A stretch of DNA of 64,000 nt from NCBI GenBank assembly GCA_963832745.1, contig CAWHVC010000002.1:404684-468683 (forward strand). Reading direction: 5' to 3'. Positions 30,788 through 39,802 of the stretch are shown here, in pieces (positions within the stretch are counted from its first letter, which is position 1; the number at the start of each line of letters is the position of its first letter). A program made the translations under genes and the position numbers. The notes below the pieces were generated by a model. The model did not search any database. It saw only the letters and a list, made by a program, of their open reading frames with translations, and had not been told where the DNA came from. The stretch is from Candidatus Bathyarchaeota archaeon (GTDB lineage Archaea > Thermoproteota > Bathyarchaeia > Bathyarchaeales > Bathycorpusculaceae).

Positions 30788-32836
30788 TTGCCTAAAAAAG
30801 AATTTACAAGTTTCGATGTTGCAGCTGCAGTTAAGGAACTTAAAGAGTCTGTTCTTGGTTCACGAGTGAATAATATTTATCAATTTGACCAAAAAACGGT
30901 TGTTTTTAAGCTTCATAAGACTAATTTGGCGTCGATTCGTCTTGTGGTTGAAGCGGGTCGAAGGCTTCATTCTACTGTTTATGCGGAGGAGAGTCCTTCT
31001 GAGCCGCCTCCTTTTTGTATGATGCTTCGTCAATACTTGCGTGATTCTTGGTTTGATAATATTGAGCAGTTTGAGTTTGAACGAATTGTTGTTTTGAGTT
31101 TTAGGACTAAAACTGGTTTGCTTCGGCTTGTTGTGGAATTGTTTGGGGATGGTAACATGATACTGGTTAATCCTGAGGGTGTGATTATTCAGGCGCTTTT
31201 TTTTAAACGTATGAGGGACCGTAATATTTTGCATGGTGAAAAGTTTTTGTTTCCGCCTGCAATCGGGAAAAACCCGTTCAAGCTTTCTGAGGTTGAGTTG
31301 AAGATGGTGTTTGGGGATTCGGGTGATGCTGAGGTTGTTCGTGTGCTTGCTCGTGGTGTTGGTTTGGGTGGTGTTTATGCTGAGGAGGTTTTGCTTAGGG
31401 CTGGTGTGGAGAAGACTGTGCATTGTAATGATTTGACTGTTGCTCAAGTTGCGGCTGTGTTTGGCGCGTTGGAGGGGTTGCTTTCTGTTTTGTCTTTGGG
31501 TAGGTTTGAGCCGTGTATTGTTTTGGATGGGGATGAGTCTTATGTTGATGTTGTTCCTTTTCGTTTGCGGCGTTATGATGGTTTTGGGCGGAAAGATTTT
31601 GGGACGTTTAGTGAGGCTCTTGACGAGTTTTTTTTGAAGGTGAAGACGGCTGAGAAGGCGTTGGCGAGTGTTGAGGTTGACCGGTTGCAGGCTGAGGAGA
31701 AGCGGCTTAAACGGATGGTTGCTGATCAGGAGAAGGCTCAGGCGGATGATGATGCTAAGATGGAGCGGGATAGAACTGTTGGTAACACGATTTATGCGCA
31801 TTTTGGTGAGTTGGAGGGTTTTGCGAATAAGCTTGTTGCTTTGAATCAGCGTGGTGTTGAGTGGAGTCAAGTTTTTGCTGGGGTGTTGGAGGATAAGCGT
31901 GCTGGTAAGGTTCCTGAGGTTTTTGTTGAGGGGATTGATGCTAAGAATGTGGCTGTGAACTTTTTTTTGGATGGTTTGCGGTTTAGTCTTAGTGTGCGTG
32001 AATCGATTTTTGATAACGCGAATATGTATTATGAGCGTGGTAAACGTGCGAAGGCGAAGTCTGCGGGTACTGTGACGGCGCTTTTGGATTCTAAACGGAA
32101 GTTGGCGCGGGTGCAGCGGGAACTTGCGGAGGCTGAGCAGCTTAGGAGTATGAAGCCTGCGGAGATGCTTGAAGCGTTGGCGAAGCGTAAAATTGAAAGC
32201 AAGGAGTGGTTTGAGAAGTTTCGTTATTTTACTACGAGTGACGGGTTTTTGGTGGTTGCGGGCAAGGATGTGGTAACCAACGAAATCTTGGTCAAAAAGT
32301 ACACGCAGCAAGAGGATGTTGTGTTTCATGCGGAGATTACTGGTTCTCCGTTTGTGGTTGTTAAGGCGGAGGGGCGTGAAATCACTGACCAAGCCTTAAA
32401 AGAAGCCAGCGAATATGCGGCAGCTTTCTGTCGTGCTTGGCGTGAAAACGCTGGGTCGGCGGATGTGTATTGGGTTCGGGTTGACCAGCTTAGCAAGAGT
32501 GGGCCATCGGGCGAGTCGATTCCGCATGGCGCGTTTTTTGTGGTTGGGAAACGTAACTGGTTCCGTAATACGCCGTTGCGGTGTGCGGTTGGCGTGGTTG
32601 TTGGTGAAGAGGCGGAATTTATTGGTGGTAGCGTGGATTCGGTGCGGGCGCGGGCGAAAGCGTTTGTGGTGTTGGTGCCGGGTGACTACAGCGGTAAGGA
32701 CCTGCTTAAGATGGTGCTTAAAACCCTCACGCTTAAACTGTCTAAGGAGGATAAGGAGAAGCTGGGTAAAACATCGCTTGAAATGGTGCGGGAATTTATT
32801 CCGTACACCAAAGGGGCAATCAGCCAAAAACCCTGA
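30788..32836 (+). CDS. rqcH: Ribosome quality control factor Rqc2/RqcH (NFACT/FbpA)
   Basis: TSFDV, PPFCMMLR, FERIV, VELFGDGN, EWFEKFRYF..SDGFLVVAGKD, FHAEITGSP, G.F.V.GKRN. Confidence 0.93.
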   Translation: MPKKEFTSFDVAAAVKELKESVLGSRVNNIYQFDQKTVVFKLHKTNLASIRLVVEAGRRLHSTVYAEESPSEPPPFCMMLRQYLRDSWFDNIEQFEFERIVVLSFRTKTGLLRLVVELFGDGNMILVNPEGVIIQALFFKRMRDRNILHGEKFLFPPAIGKNPFKLSEVELKMVFGDSGDAEVVRVLARGVGLGGVYAEEVLLRAGVEKTVHCNDLTVAQVAAVFGALEGLLSVLSLGRFEPCIVLDGDESYVDVVPFRLRRYDGFGRKDFGTFSEALDEFFLKVKTAEKALASVEVDRLQAEEKRLKRMVADQEKAQADDDAKMERDRTVGNTIYAHFGELEGFANKLVALNQRGVEWSQVFAGVLEDKRAGKVPEVFVEGIDAKNVAVNFFLDGLRFSLSVRESIFDNANMYYERGKRAKAKSAGTVTALLDSKRKLARVQRELAEAEQLRSMKPAEMLEALAKRKIESKEWFEKFRYFTTSDGFLVVAGKDVVTNEILVKKYTQQEDVVFHAEITGSPFVVVKAEGREITDQALKEASEYAAAFCRAWRENAGSADVYWVRVDQLSKSGPSGESIPHGAFFVVGKRNWFRNTPLRCAVGVVVGEEAEFIGGSVDSVRARAKAFVVLVPGDYSGKDLLKMVLKTLTLKLSKEDKEKLGKTSLEMVREFIPYTKGAISQKP

Positions 32837-33145
32837 ATTTCAACATACTAATGGCGCAGAAAAGCGCCAATACAGACCTACCCCCCTTAGCGTTTCCATA
32901 AAAGAGCTGAAAATATAGACCCCCTATAGGTTCCAGCATAGAACTGCTATTTGGATCCTAATAGGTTGGTATGAAAAATAAAGCACTGAAAAGCAGCAGA
33001 CAGCAAAGACAGCACAATGCACGTGGACACTAGCATGGCCCACAAATAGGACAAACAAACAATACCGCCCTAAACAAAACCCAAAACCCCAAACCAACCC
33101 TATAAACAATTTTCGCGTTAAAAAAGCCTTAAAATAAAGTGCATT

Positions 33146-33427
33146 TCAAAGAAGCTGTTCAATTTTGACTAAATAATCAGCAACTTGCCTGCCTTTCTCC
33201 GTCAACGAAACATCCAATCTTCTGGTTCGCCTTTCAGGTGGCGACTGTTCAGTTAACCCGTTCTCGCTTAACAGTTTTAATGCTGAATATTTTGCGCCTT
33301 GGCTGCCTTGAACGTTGCTGAAAATTTCTGAGATTGAGGCTTTTTGTTTTTCCTTTAGGTAGACGATGATGCGGGGGGCGGTGGTTTGTTCAAGGATGGC
33401 AAGTTTTTCTTTGTTCACGGGTTTCAC
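33146..33427 (-). CDS. Winged-HTH transcriptional regulator (MarR/ArsR-like)
   Basis: RIIVYL..ISEI....GS....YSALKLLSENGL...LTEKGRQVA. Confidence 0.8.
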   Translation of the reverse strand: MKPVNKEKLAILEQTTAPRIIVYLKEKQKASISEIFSNVQGSQGAKYSALKLLSENGLTEQSPPERRTRRLDVSLTEKGRQVADYLVKIEQLL

Positions 33428-33436
33428 GTTATTGGT

Positions 33437-33545
33437 TATTGATTATCGTTAAGCAGTTTTTAAATTGATTTATAAATTATCGATTATCGATATTAAATAA
33501 ATATATAAGCATGGGCTGTGTAATAGCGTATATCGAAAAACGATA
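33437..33545. promoter_or_regulatory. Divergent promoter region with three TATCG-N5-CGATA palindromes
   Basis: Perfect boxes at 33478-33492 and 33531-33545, a 2-mismatch box at 33437-33451; TATA-like tracts near 33470 and 33501. Confidence 0.7.
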
Positions 33546-33546
33546 A

Positions 33547-34008
33547 GTGACGTGTTTGAAAATGGAAAGCCAACTAATATCCAAATTACCTGAAGAACTC
33601 AGGACAAAATACCTAAAATACACACGAAAAAGCACACCAACAATTGAAACATTGAAGATTGCTACAGCCTTGAAGCTTTGGAATGACCGCAGCTTTAGAG
33701 ACGTGCAGTTTGACGTGCCTTTAGTTTTTAGAGGCAGAACTGTTTTTGCTAAGGTTCTGGCGAAGAATGGGGATGGCGTCGTGTTTGGGGTTGAGTGTGC
33801 TTCGGTGGTTAGGTTGGGTTTGTTGCGTGCGCGGATTGAATTATTGCGGGCTTGTTTGCAGTCTGATAGTTATTTTATTGTTGTTTTCCCTGAAACCGCT
33901 GGAGAACGGGTTGATAAGGCAGTCAAGTTCGCTGATGAAGTATGGGTAACAGGTAAAAACGGTGTAGTGGCGCAGATGTTATTTGCATCAGTCTTGCATT
34001 TGGAATAA
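33547..34008 (+). CDS. Hypothetical protein with a possible degenerate PD-(D/E)xK nuclease-like fold
   Basis: Helix then V-x-F-D...F-A-K-V-L-A...F-G-V-E-C strand pattern; the expected catalytic Asp and Lys are apparently substituted. Confidence 0.5.
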   Translation: MTCLKMESQLISKLPEELRTKYLKYTRKSTPTIETLKIATALKLWNDRSFRDVQFDVPLVFRGRTVFAKVLAKNGDGVVFGVECASVVRLGLLRARIELLRACLQSDSYFIVVFPETAGERVDKAVKFADEVWVTGKNGVVAQMLFASVLHLE

Positions 34009-34157
34009 GCCCATGTCTGTTAGAATTTATTAATAATTTATGTCATGAAAGTAAAAAATCGTGCCTAAAAATAATTACAACTTCTAAAAAATGAAAAAAT
34101 GAAAGTTTTTTTTGAAAAAATTTTATTAACAAAAAAGATGCTATATTAGCCAACCGA

Positions 34158-35204
34158 ATGGAAGTGCCGTTGGTTACGAGTAGTTTAGTCCTTAAGCCCT
34201 CAAAGGTTCTATGTTCACTTGAAGATAACGAATTTGAGGAAATGATACATGATTGGCGTAGCACTTACAAAGGTAAATTGTATCAAAGAGTAGAATGGCT
34301 TGGAGGCAAAGGTGATGGCGGACGAGATGTTAAGTGCACTGGACTTAGTGATACTGAAATTACAATTTATCAATGCAAAAATTATGACAAAAAGTTAACC
34401 CCCTATTACATTTTCAAAGAAGTGGGCAAATGTTGTTATAACATTTTTAAGAAGGTTTATCCACTTCCAATAAAGTATCTGTTTATATCACCACATGGTG
34501 TCACCGCAGAAGTTACTGATTTATTTTCGAACCCTTTGAAACTCAAGGTCGATTTGAAAGCTGTATGGCCAAATACTTGTGAGACGCATATTCAAGCTTC
34601 CAGAATTCCATTAATCGGTGACTTTGAGAAGTTTATCGATAACTTTGATTTTTCAATTTTTAATTACGTAAGCCCCAATGAGTTTTTAGAAGATTTTGAA
34701 AATACGTGCTATTATTCAAAGTATTTTAAAATGATCAAAAAAGCGAGACCTCTTGGGCCATATGATGCACCTGAGCAATATGGAGAAAATGAGTTAGATT
34801 ATATACAAAAATTATTAGCTGTGTACAAAGAATATTCTCAAGAAGAGATCGTTAATGAGGCTGTACTAAAAAGTCTAAAGCCTAAGTTATATGACGAATT
34901 TAAAAGACATCGATTTTATTTCTATTCTGCAGATTGTTTAGCGGAATATTCAAGGGAAGTTTTTCCTCCAGAAATGCCTTGGTTTGAACACTGCAAAAAA
35001 GAGTTTTACTATGGAATTATTGATGAGGTATCTGAGGATGCTGAACATGGTTACAGTCGTCTCAAAAAAGTAATCAAACGAGCCACAGATCTGGACATTA
35101 AATTAGGTGATGACCCCTCGGTTCGACTTAGAGTTCAGGATAAACGAGGTATGTGTCATCACTTGGCAAATGAAAGAGAGGATATTGTATGGACCAAGAA
35201 GTGA
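34158..35204 (+). CDS. Lamassu/ABC-3C effector (LmuA-like): PD-(D/E)xK nuclease plus ABC-3C C-terminal domain
   Basis: FEEM..DW, GGKGDGGRDV, YQCKNY; C-terminal R..FYSA...G.CHHLANE...W. Confidence 0.85.
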   Translation: MEVPLVTSSLVLKPSKVLCSLEDNEFEEMIHDWRSTYKGKLYQRVEWLGGKGDGGRDVKCTGLSDTEITIYQCKNYDKKLTPYYIFKEVGKCCYNIFKKVYPLPIKYLFISPHGVTAEVTDLFSNPLKLKVDLKAVWPNTCETHIQASRIPLIGDFEKFIDNFDFSIFNYVSPNEFLEDFENTCYYSKYFKMIKKARPLGPYDAPEQYGENELDYIQKLLAVYKEYSQEEIVNEAVLKSLKPKLYDEFKRHRFYFYSADCLAEYSREVFPPEMPWFEHCKKEFYYGIIDEVSEDAEHGYSRLKKVIKRATDLDIKLGDDPSVRLRVQDKRGMCHHLANEREDIVWTKK

Positions 35205-35692
35205 ATAACTCTAAAATGTCCATTTTTAACTCACCAATGGAAGTGGGTTTGAGGTTACTCTTCATCTTTTCAAAGACAACTGTTCCGCTTGATTTGCAGC
35301 GATTAATTCATTACAATTACTTGTTGATTCATTCTGCAGATGCACCAGATGGTCCTGCTAGTATACATCCAGAACTTCCATTGCGATCTTGTGAAATGTT
35401 GGTCAATCGAACAATACTAAAAAAGGGGTTAAACCTCTTATTGCTTAAGGGGCTTGTTTTTGTTAGTTACTCTGAGAAAGGTATTGTTTATTCTAAGAAT
35501 GAATCGACGGATGATTTTGTTGGTTATTTTCAATCAGAATATTCCCAACGATTGAAAGAACGAGCAGAATGGTTATGCTTAACTTTCGATAAGCTAACAG
35601 ACGGACAAGTAACTGATTTAATTGAAAATAATCTAGGCAAATGGGGTACTGAATTTACTCCTACTCGTGATGAGGTCGATGAAGATGTCTGA
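35189..35692 (+). CDS. ABC-3C middle component (LmuC-like)
   Basis: FNSPMEVGLRLL, DLQRL..Y.YLLIHS.D..GP.SIHP; overlaps both neighbours. Confidence 0.85.
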   Translation: MDQEVNNSKMSIFNSPMEVGLRLLFIFSKTTVPLDLQRLIHYNYLLIHSADAPDGPASIHPELPLRSCEMLVNRTILKKGLNLLLLKGLVFVSYSEKGIVYSKNESTDDFVGYFQSEYSQRLKERAEWLCLTFDKLTDGQVTDLIENNLGKWGTEFTPTRDEVDEDV

Positions 35693-37529
35693 GGGTATCT
35701 ATTTTTCCAAAATATCTGTTCTTGGTCGCAATAAACCACCAGCGGAAATTAATTTAACTAAAGGATTAAATGTCATATATGGTCCATCCGATACTGGCAA
35801 ATCGTACATTCTAGAATGCCTAAATTATGTGTTGGGTGGGAAGGATGAACCAAAACACATTCCTCAATCGGAAGGGTATCAACGAATTCAAGCAGAGATA
35901 CGCGTTTTTGAAGGAAAAACCCTAACGCTCTCTAGGCCTTTTAAAGATAATAAAATTTACTTGGCTGAGTGCTCATCTGAAGGCTTCGATAAAGCAGAGC
36001 CAATTCCACTATCGAGTAGACACAGTGAATTTACCGATAATGTTTCAATGTACCTTCTGTCTTTATTGAATTTGAATAAAAAAGTTATCAAAAGTTCAGT
36101 TTACAATGATAAGAAAAACTTGAGTTTTAGAAGTCTTGCAAGATTATGTCTCATCAAGGAAGATCGGATAATAACCTTAAAATCGCCTATTTATGATGGC
36201 ATTGTTACCGATGAATCAGAAAGCAAATCCACTTTCAAGTTATTATTAACAGGTCAGGATGACAAGGATTTGCCTAGTTTTGAGAATCCTGAACATGGAA
36301 AAAGCAGAATAAAGGGTAAGATTGACTTAATAAAAGCGGATATTGAAAAAAAGACTGGAGAATTAGCTGAATTTAGAAAAAAAGGCGAACAACTAAATAG
36401 TGAAGAGATAAATGTTCAAATTCATAAGTTATTGACAATTGTTGAAAACGCACATCGAGAGATATTGGCTCAAGAAAAAGAGCGTGCCGAAATATATTCT
36501 CAAATGAACCATCTCGAAGCTGTCTTAATCCAAAATGAGGAACTGAAAAAAAGGTTTGAACTCTTAGATAAGTCATATTCAACCGATTTAGATAGACTTG
36601 AATTTATCAACGAGGGTAAATCAGGTTTGGATCAGTTGGGTGATGTAACTTGCCCGCTTTGTGACACAGAGATTGACGGTCAGTTACTTGAACCACATGA
36701 TGATATGGGCGTTAGTTTATTGCGTTCAATTAGAGCTGAATATACTAAAATTGCTCGAAAGAAATCAGACTTATCGAAAGCTTTAGCTGATGTTGACGAA
36801 AAAATAAGCTCTACCCAAACCTTAATTTCAGATAAAACTTTGCAATTTAAAAAAATTGATGAATACATTATAAATAAACTTAAACCTGTGCATACTGTGA
36901 ACTCTAAAAATCTGGATGAGTATATGCGGCTAAGAAGCAATAAGTCTAAAGCCGATTTAATTGAAGAGCAAATAGCTGATCTTAATATTTCCTTGAGACA
37001 ATTTGATCGGGCGCTTGGACACATGCAGGAAAAAGCGCCACCTGTAGAAGTTCCAGTTGACTATTACTCAGAATTCTGCTCAAATATTCAGGAAATATTG
37101 GTTTCTTGGGGGATTAATTCTGATGAAGTTGAGTTTAATTTAGGTACTAATGATATTATCATAAATGGAAAGAGCAGAGACCTTTTTGGGAAAGGTTATC
37201 GTGCGATTTTCTTTTCGGCTTTTATGATGGGTTTGCTTCAGCATTCTCTAAAGAGAAAAACAGGTCATCCTCGCTTTTTAATGCTTGATTCTCCACTTAC
37301 AACTTTTAAGGGCAGGGATAGCGGTTTAAAAGATTCTGATGAAGAGATTCCCCCTGAAATAATAAACCAGTTCTTTGAAGGTATTGCAAATTTGGATTAT
37401 TTGCAAAGAATACAGGTTATCGTACTAGACAATCGTGAACCCCCCAATAGCGTGAAAGCAAGAATAAATCATATATTTTTCTCGAAGACTCATGAACCAA
37501 GTAGTCGTTATGGTTTTTTCCCAACATAA
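35667..37529 (+). CDS. SMC/Rad50-like ABC ATPase (LmuB-like)
   Basis: Walker A GPSDTGKS, coiled coils with central CPLC zinc hook, signature-like GKGYRA, Walker B LMLDSP, DN motif. Confidence 0.88.
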   Translation: MMRSMKMSEGIYFSKISVLGRNKPPAEINLTKGLNVIYGPSDTGKSYILECLNYVLGGKDEPKHIPQSEGYQRIQAEIRVFEGKTLTLSRPFKDNKIYLAECSSEGFDKAEPIPLSSRHSEFTDNVSMYLLSLLNLNKKVIKSSVYNDKKNLSFRSLARLCLIKEDRIITLKSPIYDGIVTDESESKSTFKLLLTGQDDKDLPSFENPEHGKSRIKGKIDLIKADIEKKTGELAEFRKKGEQLNSEEINVQIHKLLTIVENAHREILAQEKERAEIYSQMNHLEAVLIQNEELKKRFELLDKSYSTDLDRLEFINEGKSGLDQLGDVTCPLCDTEIDGQLLEPHDDMGVSLLRSIRAEYTKIARKKSDLSKALADVDEKISSTQTLISDKTLQFKKIDEYIINKLKPVHTVNSKNLDEYMRLRSNKSKADLIEEQIADLNISLRQFDRALGHMQEKAPPVEVPVDYYSEFCSNIQEILVSWGINSDEVEFNLGTNDIIINGKSRDLFGKGYRAIFFSAFMMGLLQHSLKRKTGHPRFLMLDSPLTTFKGRDSGLKDSDEEIPPEIINQFFEGIANLDYLQRIQVIVLDNREPPNSVKARINHIFFSKTHEPSSRYGFFPT

Positions 37530-37625
37530 CTTTTTGAGATCATACGTAGAAACCTGTTTTCTGGTAGGCGCTGATTATGGTTAAGTTTATTAGTGTTCTT
37601 TCTTAATTTTTGTTGGTGACTTGTT

Positions 37626-38393
37626 TTGAAGTGGCATTTTATAGTTTTGTTTTCGTTTTTGCTTATGTTGGGTTTAGTTAGTCCTGCTCTTGGAGAAATG
37701 ATGCATGAAGGCATTGGCGTGACTGATGGTGATTCTTTTTCTTACAGTTACCTTTGCTATTTTGATTCTAATGATTCAGGTTTTAGTATGCCTGCGGATT
37801 TTTCTTGGATTAATCAAACACAGTATTACATGATGAACGTGACTGGCGTTAGCGGGCAATCGGTCAATTATGATACACACATGTACTTCGACAACGGCAC
37901 AAGCATTGCCGGCTACGGTTACATGAATATGCAGGATGGCGTTAACTCGATGATGCAGGGTTACAACCCGATGAGCGGCACCTATAACGGTAACTACTTC
38001 TTTATGCAGTCAAACGTTGGCATGATGGGCAGAATGTACCCTTCCAACACTAACAGTCCAACAGTAAACGACACAGTAACACGCAGTTACCCCGACGTCG
38101 AAAGAACCCTTAACCACATGTACTTTATCCTCAACCAAAACGGCGACATAAACCAAACCGACTACTACTTCGACCAAGCAACCGGCGCAATGGTAGAATG
38201 GAGAGAACAATACATCCAAACACACGGCAGCCTGCAAGCAAACAGCACACAAATCATGCAGTTAACCCAATCAACCGCTTGGACAGTACCCGAATTCCCA
38301 ACACTAATCATTATACCATTAATTTGTGCAGCAACCGCAGCAGCCATCTTGCTAAAAACAAAAAACAAAAACCTCCAAATAAAACTAAAATAA
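37626..38393 (+). CDS. Secreted Met-rich protein with a PEF-CTERM-like sorting signal
   Basis: Signal peptide; C-terminal VPEFP, TM helix and Lys-rich tail. Confidence 0.8.
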   Translation: MKWHFIVLFSFLLMLGLVSPALGEMMHEGIGVTDGDSFSYSYLCYFDSNDSGFSMPADFSWINQTQYYMMNVTGVSGQSVNYDTHMYFDNGTSIAGYGYMNMQDGVNSMMQGYNPMSGTYNGNYFFMQSNVGMMGRMYPSNTNSPTVNDTVTRSYPDVERTLNHMYFILNQNGDINQTDYYFDQATGAMVEWREQYIQTHGSLQANSTQIMQLTQSTAWTVPEFPTLIIIPLICAATAAAILLKTKNKNLQIKLK

Positions 38394-38424
38394 AAAGCTA
38401 AAAAATTAGCCCTCATTCTTTTTC

Positions 38425-38871
38425 CTAAAGTATCTCGCCTAAATGAACAATTATCCCAAGCACAATTGAAACCGTCCAAATCACAAACGTGGGCAGCATC
38501 CAACGTTTCACCCGTCTACAATTCATTTGATCAAGAGGCTTAAGGAACCAAGGAACAATACAGACAAAACCCATAACGTCGCCCGCAACTCCTAAAACAA
38601 CTTTTAAGATGACAATTGTAAGCGGCAAAACAGCGAATTCTGCAATTTCTGGAGCAGCATCAATCAAAACAGGAATCATCACCGCAAATACTGTAACCAT
38701 TTTTAAAACAAAACCAAACATCGACAAGTAACCGTGTCTATGCAACGCTTTTTTTGCCCCCCTGCGTCCAATAACACCAATGGTAACCAGCACTAATGCG
38801 GCAATATTCACAATTAAACTGACAGTTCCAAAATCAATATCCAAATAAGCACTCCCTGCCCAACTAAACAT
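38425..38871 (-). CDS. Four-TM membrane protein (DUF420-like)
   Basis: Four hydrophobic helices; RRG....HRHG motif after TM1. Confidence 0.6.
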   Translation of the reverse strand: MFSWAGSAYLDIDFGTVSLIVNIAALVLVTIGVIGRRGAKKALHRHGYLSMFGFVLKMVTVFAVMIPVLIDAAPEIAEFAVLPLTIVILKVVLGVAGDVMGFVCIVPWFLKPLDQMNCRRVKRWMLPTFVIWTVSIVLGIIVHLGEIL

Positions 38872-39052
38872 GCCAAATTATTTATAAATTTCACCTCGCC
38901 TGCTAAACCAACACCGCAAAAACTGAACAAACGTTAAATAAAACTAAAAAAGCACCACTAAACCCTTCTCTTTATAGAGGTAGTTTAGTTCTGCAAGAGC
39001 AGAAAATGTTTAAATGTTTTCTGAGATAGCAGTATAGAGATAGTTAGTGTTT

Positions 39053-39126
39053 GGGCCCGTAGCTCAGCTCGGTGGAGCGCCAGACTCATAATCTGTTGGT
39101 CGCTGGTTCAAATCCGGCCGGGCCCA
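39053..39126 (+). tRNA. tRNA with CAT anticodon, most likely tRNA-Ile2(CAU)
   Basis: Cloverleaf: acceptor stem GGGCCCG/CGGGCCC, D stem GCTC/GAGC, loop CTCATAA, TTCAAAT T loop. The acceptor stem is Ile-like, not initiator-like (AGCGGG). Confidence 0.92.
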
Positions 39127-39194
39127 CTAAACTTTTCGGGTTTGGTTTTTCTAAAAAAGGGGCAATTAATTTAGCGTTGACACGGTTGCTATGC

Positions 39195-39566
39195 TTAAAT
39201 GTTCAATACTTTTACTTTCAAAGTGAAGCCTAAGTGATCATGGTCTTGGTAATGATGAAGCAGCGTCCAGTCAATGTACACAAGTTTCGCGTGAACGCCC
39301 AAGTAACAGTAGGTGCTTCCGATTTGCGTGTGCCACCAAGCATCAAAGCCTTCGAAACTGCCATTCTTGTACTTAATTTCCTTCCACGCGTCATGAGTAA
39401 AGTAGACGTCAACTGTGCCTTTGATGGTGACAACGTCGCCGTTTATTGCTACCGGCGTGGCTTTAATGTGTCTGGCAAACGGGTAAGCAGCGGCAATGTA
39501 GCATGATGCAAGCGAAATAACGAGGCATACAACCGTCCAGGTTATTACCATTTTTTTCTGATGCAA
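39195..39566 (-). CDS. Secreted or membrane-anchored hypothetical protein
   Basis: N-terminal hydrophobic helix; GAGG upstream. Confidence 0.6.
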   Translation of the reverse strand: MHQKKMVITWTVVCLVISLASCYIAAAYPFARHIKATPVAINGDVVTIKGTVDVYFTHDAWKEIKYKNGSFEGFDAWWHTQIGSTYCYLGVHAKLVYIDWTLLHHYQDHDHLGFTLKVKVLNI

Positions 39567-39802
39567 AATTTTTTCCTCAACTTTTGTTTAAAAAATCGCT
39601 GATTTAACTGAATCAAATGCAAACTTAATAACCTTGATGGAACTAAAATCTAGCCGTAAACCGAATAAAAAGTAAAAAAGTTACAGCCTGCACCCCAACC
39701 ACTATACATTTTAGCCCCACCCCCACAGGAAACACTGCGCCCACCCAAACAGCACCACCACGCCACCCCAACAACCAAACAACCACAACAAAGAAAAAAA
39801 CG

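Noticed and set aside
30860-32392. 510-aa antisense ORF opposite rqcH
   Set aside because: Low-complexity L/T/K/N/H/R sequence. It is explained by the G/T codon bias of rqcH, which removes antisense stops, and has no recognisable motifs.
32852-32869. TGGCGC-N6-GCGCCA hairpin after rqcH
   Set aside because: Only a 6-bp stem with no T tract; insufficient to call a terminator or ncRNA.
33030-39130. Possible att repeat (GGCCCAC) linking about 33038 with the tRNA 3' end
   Set aside because: Only 7 bp match, on the 5' side of the tRNA, and no integrase is present in the window.
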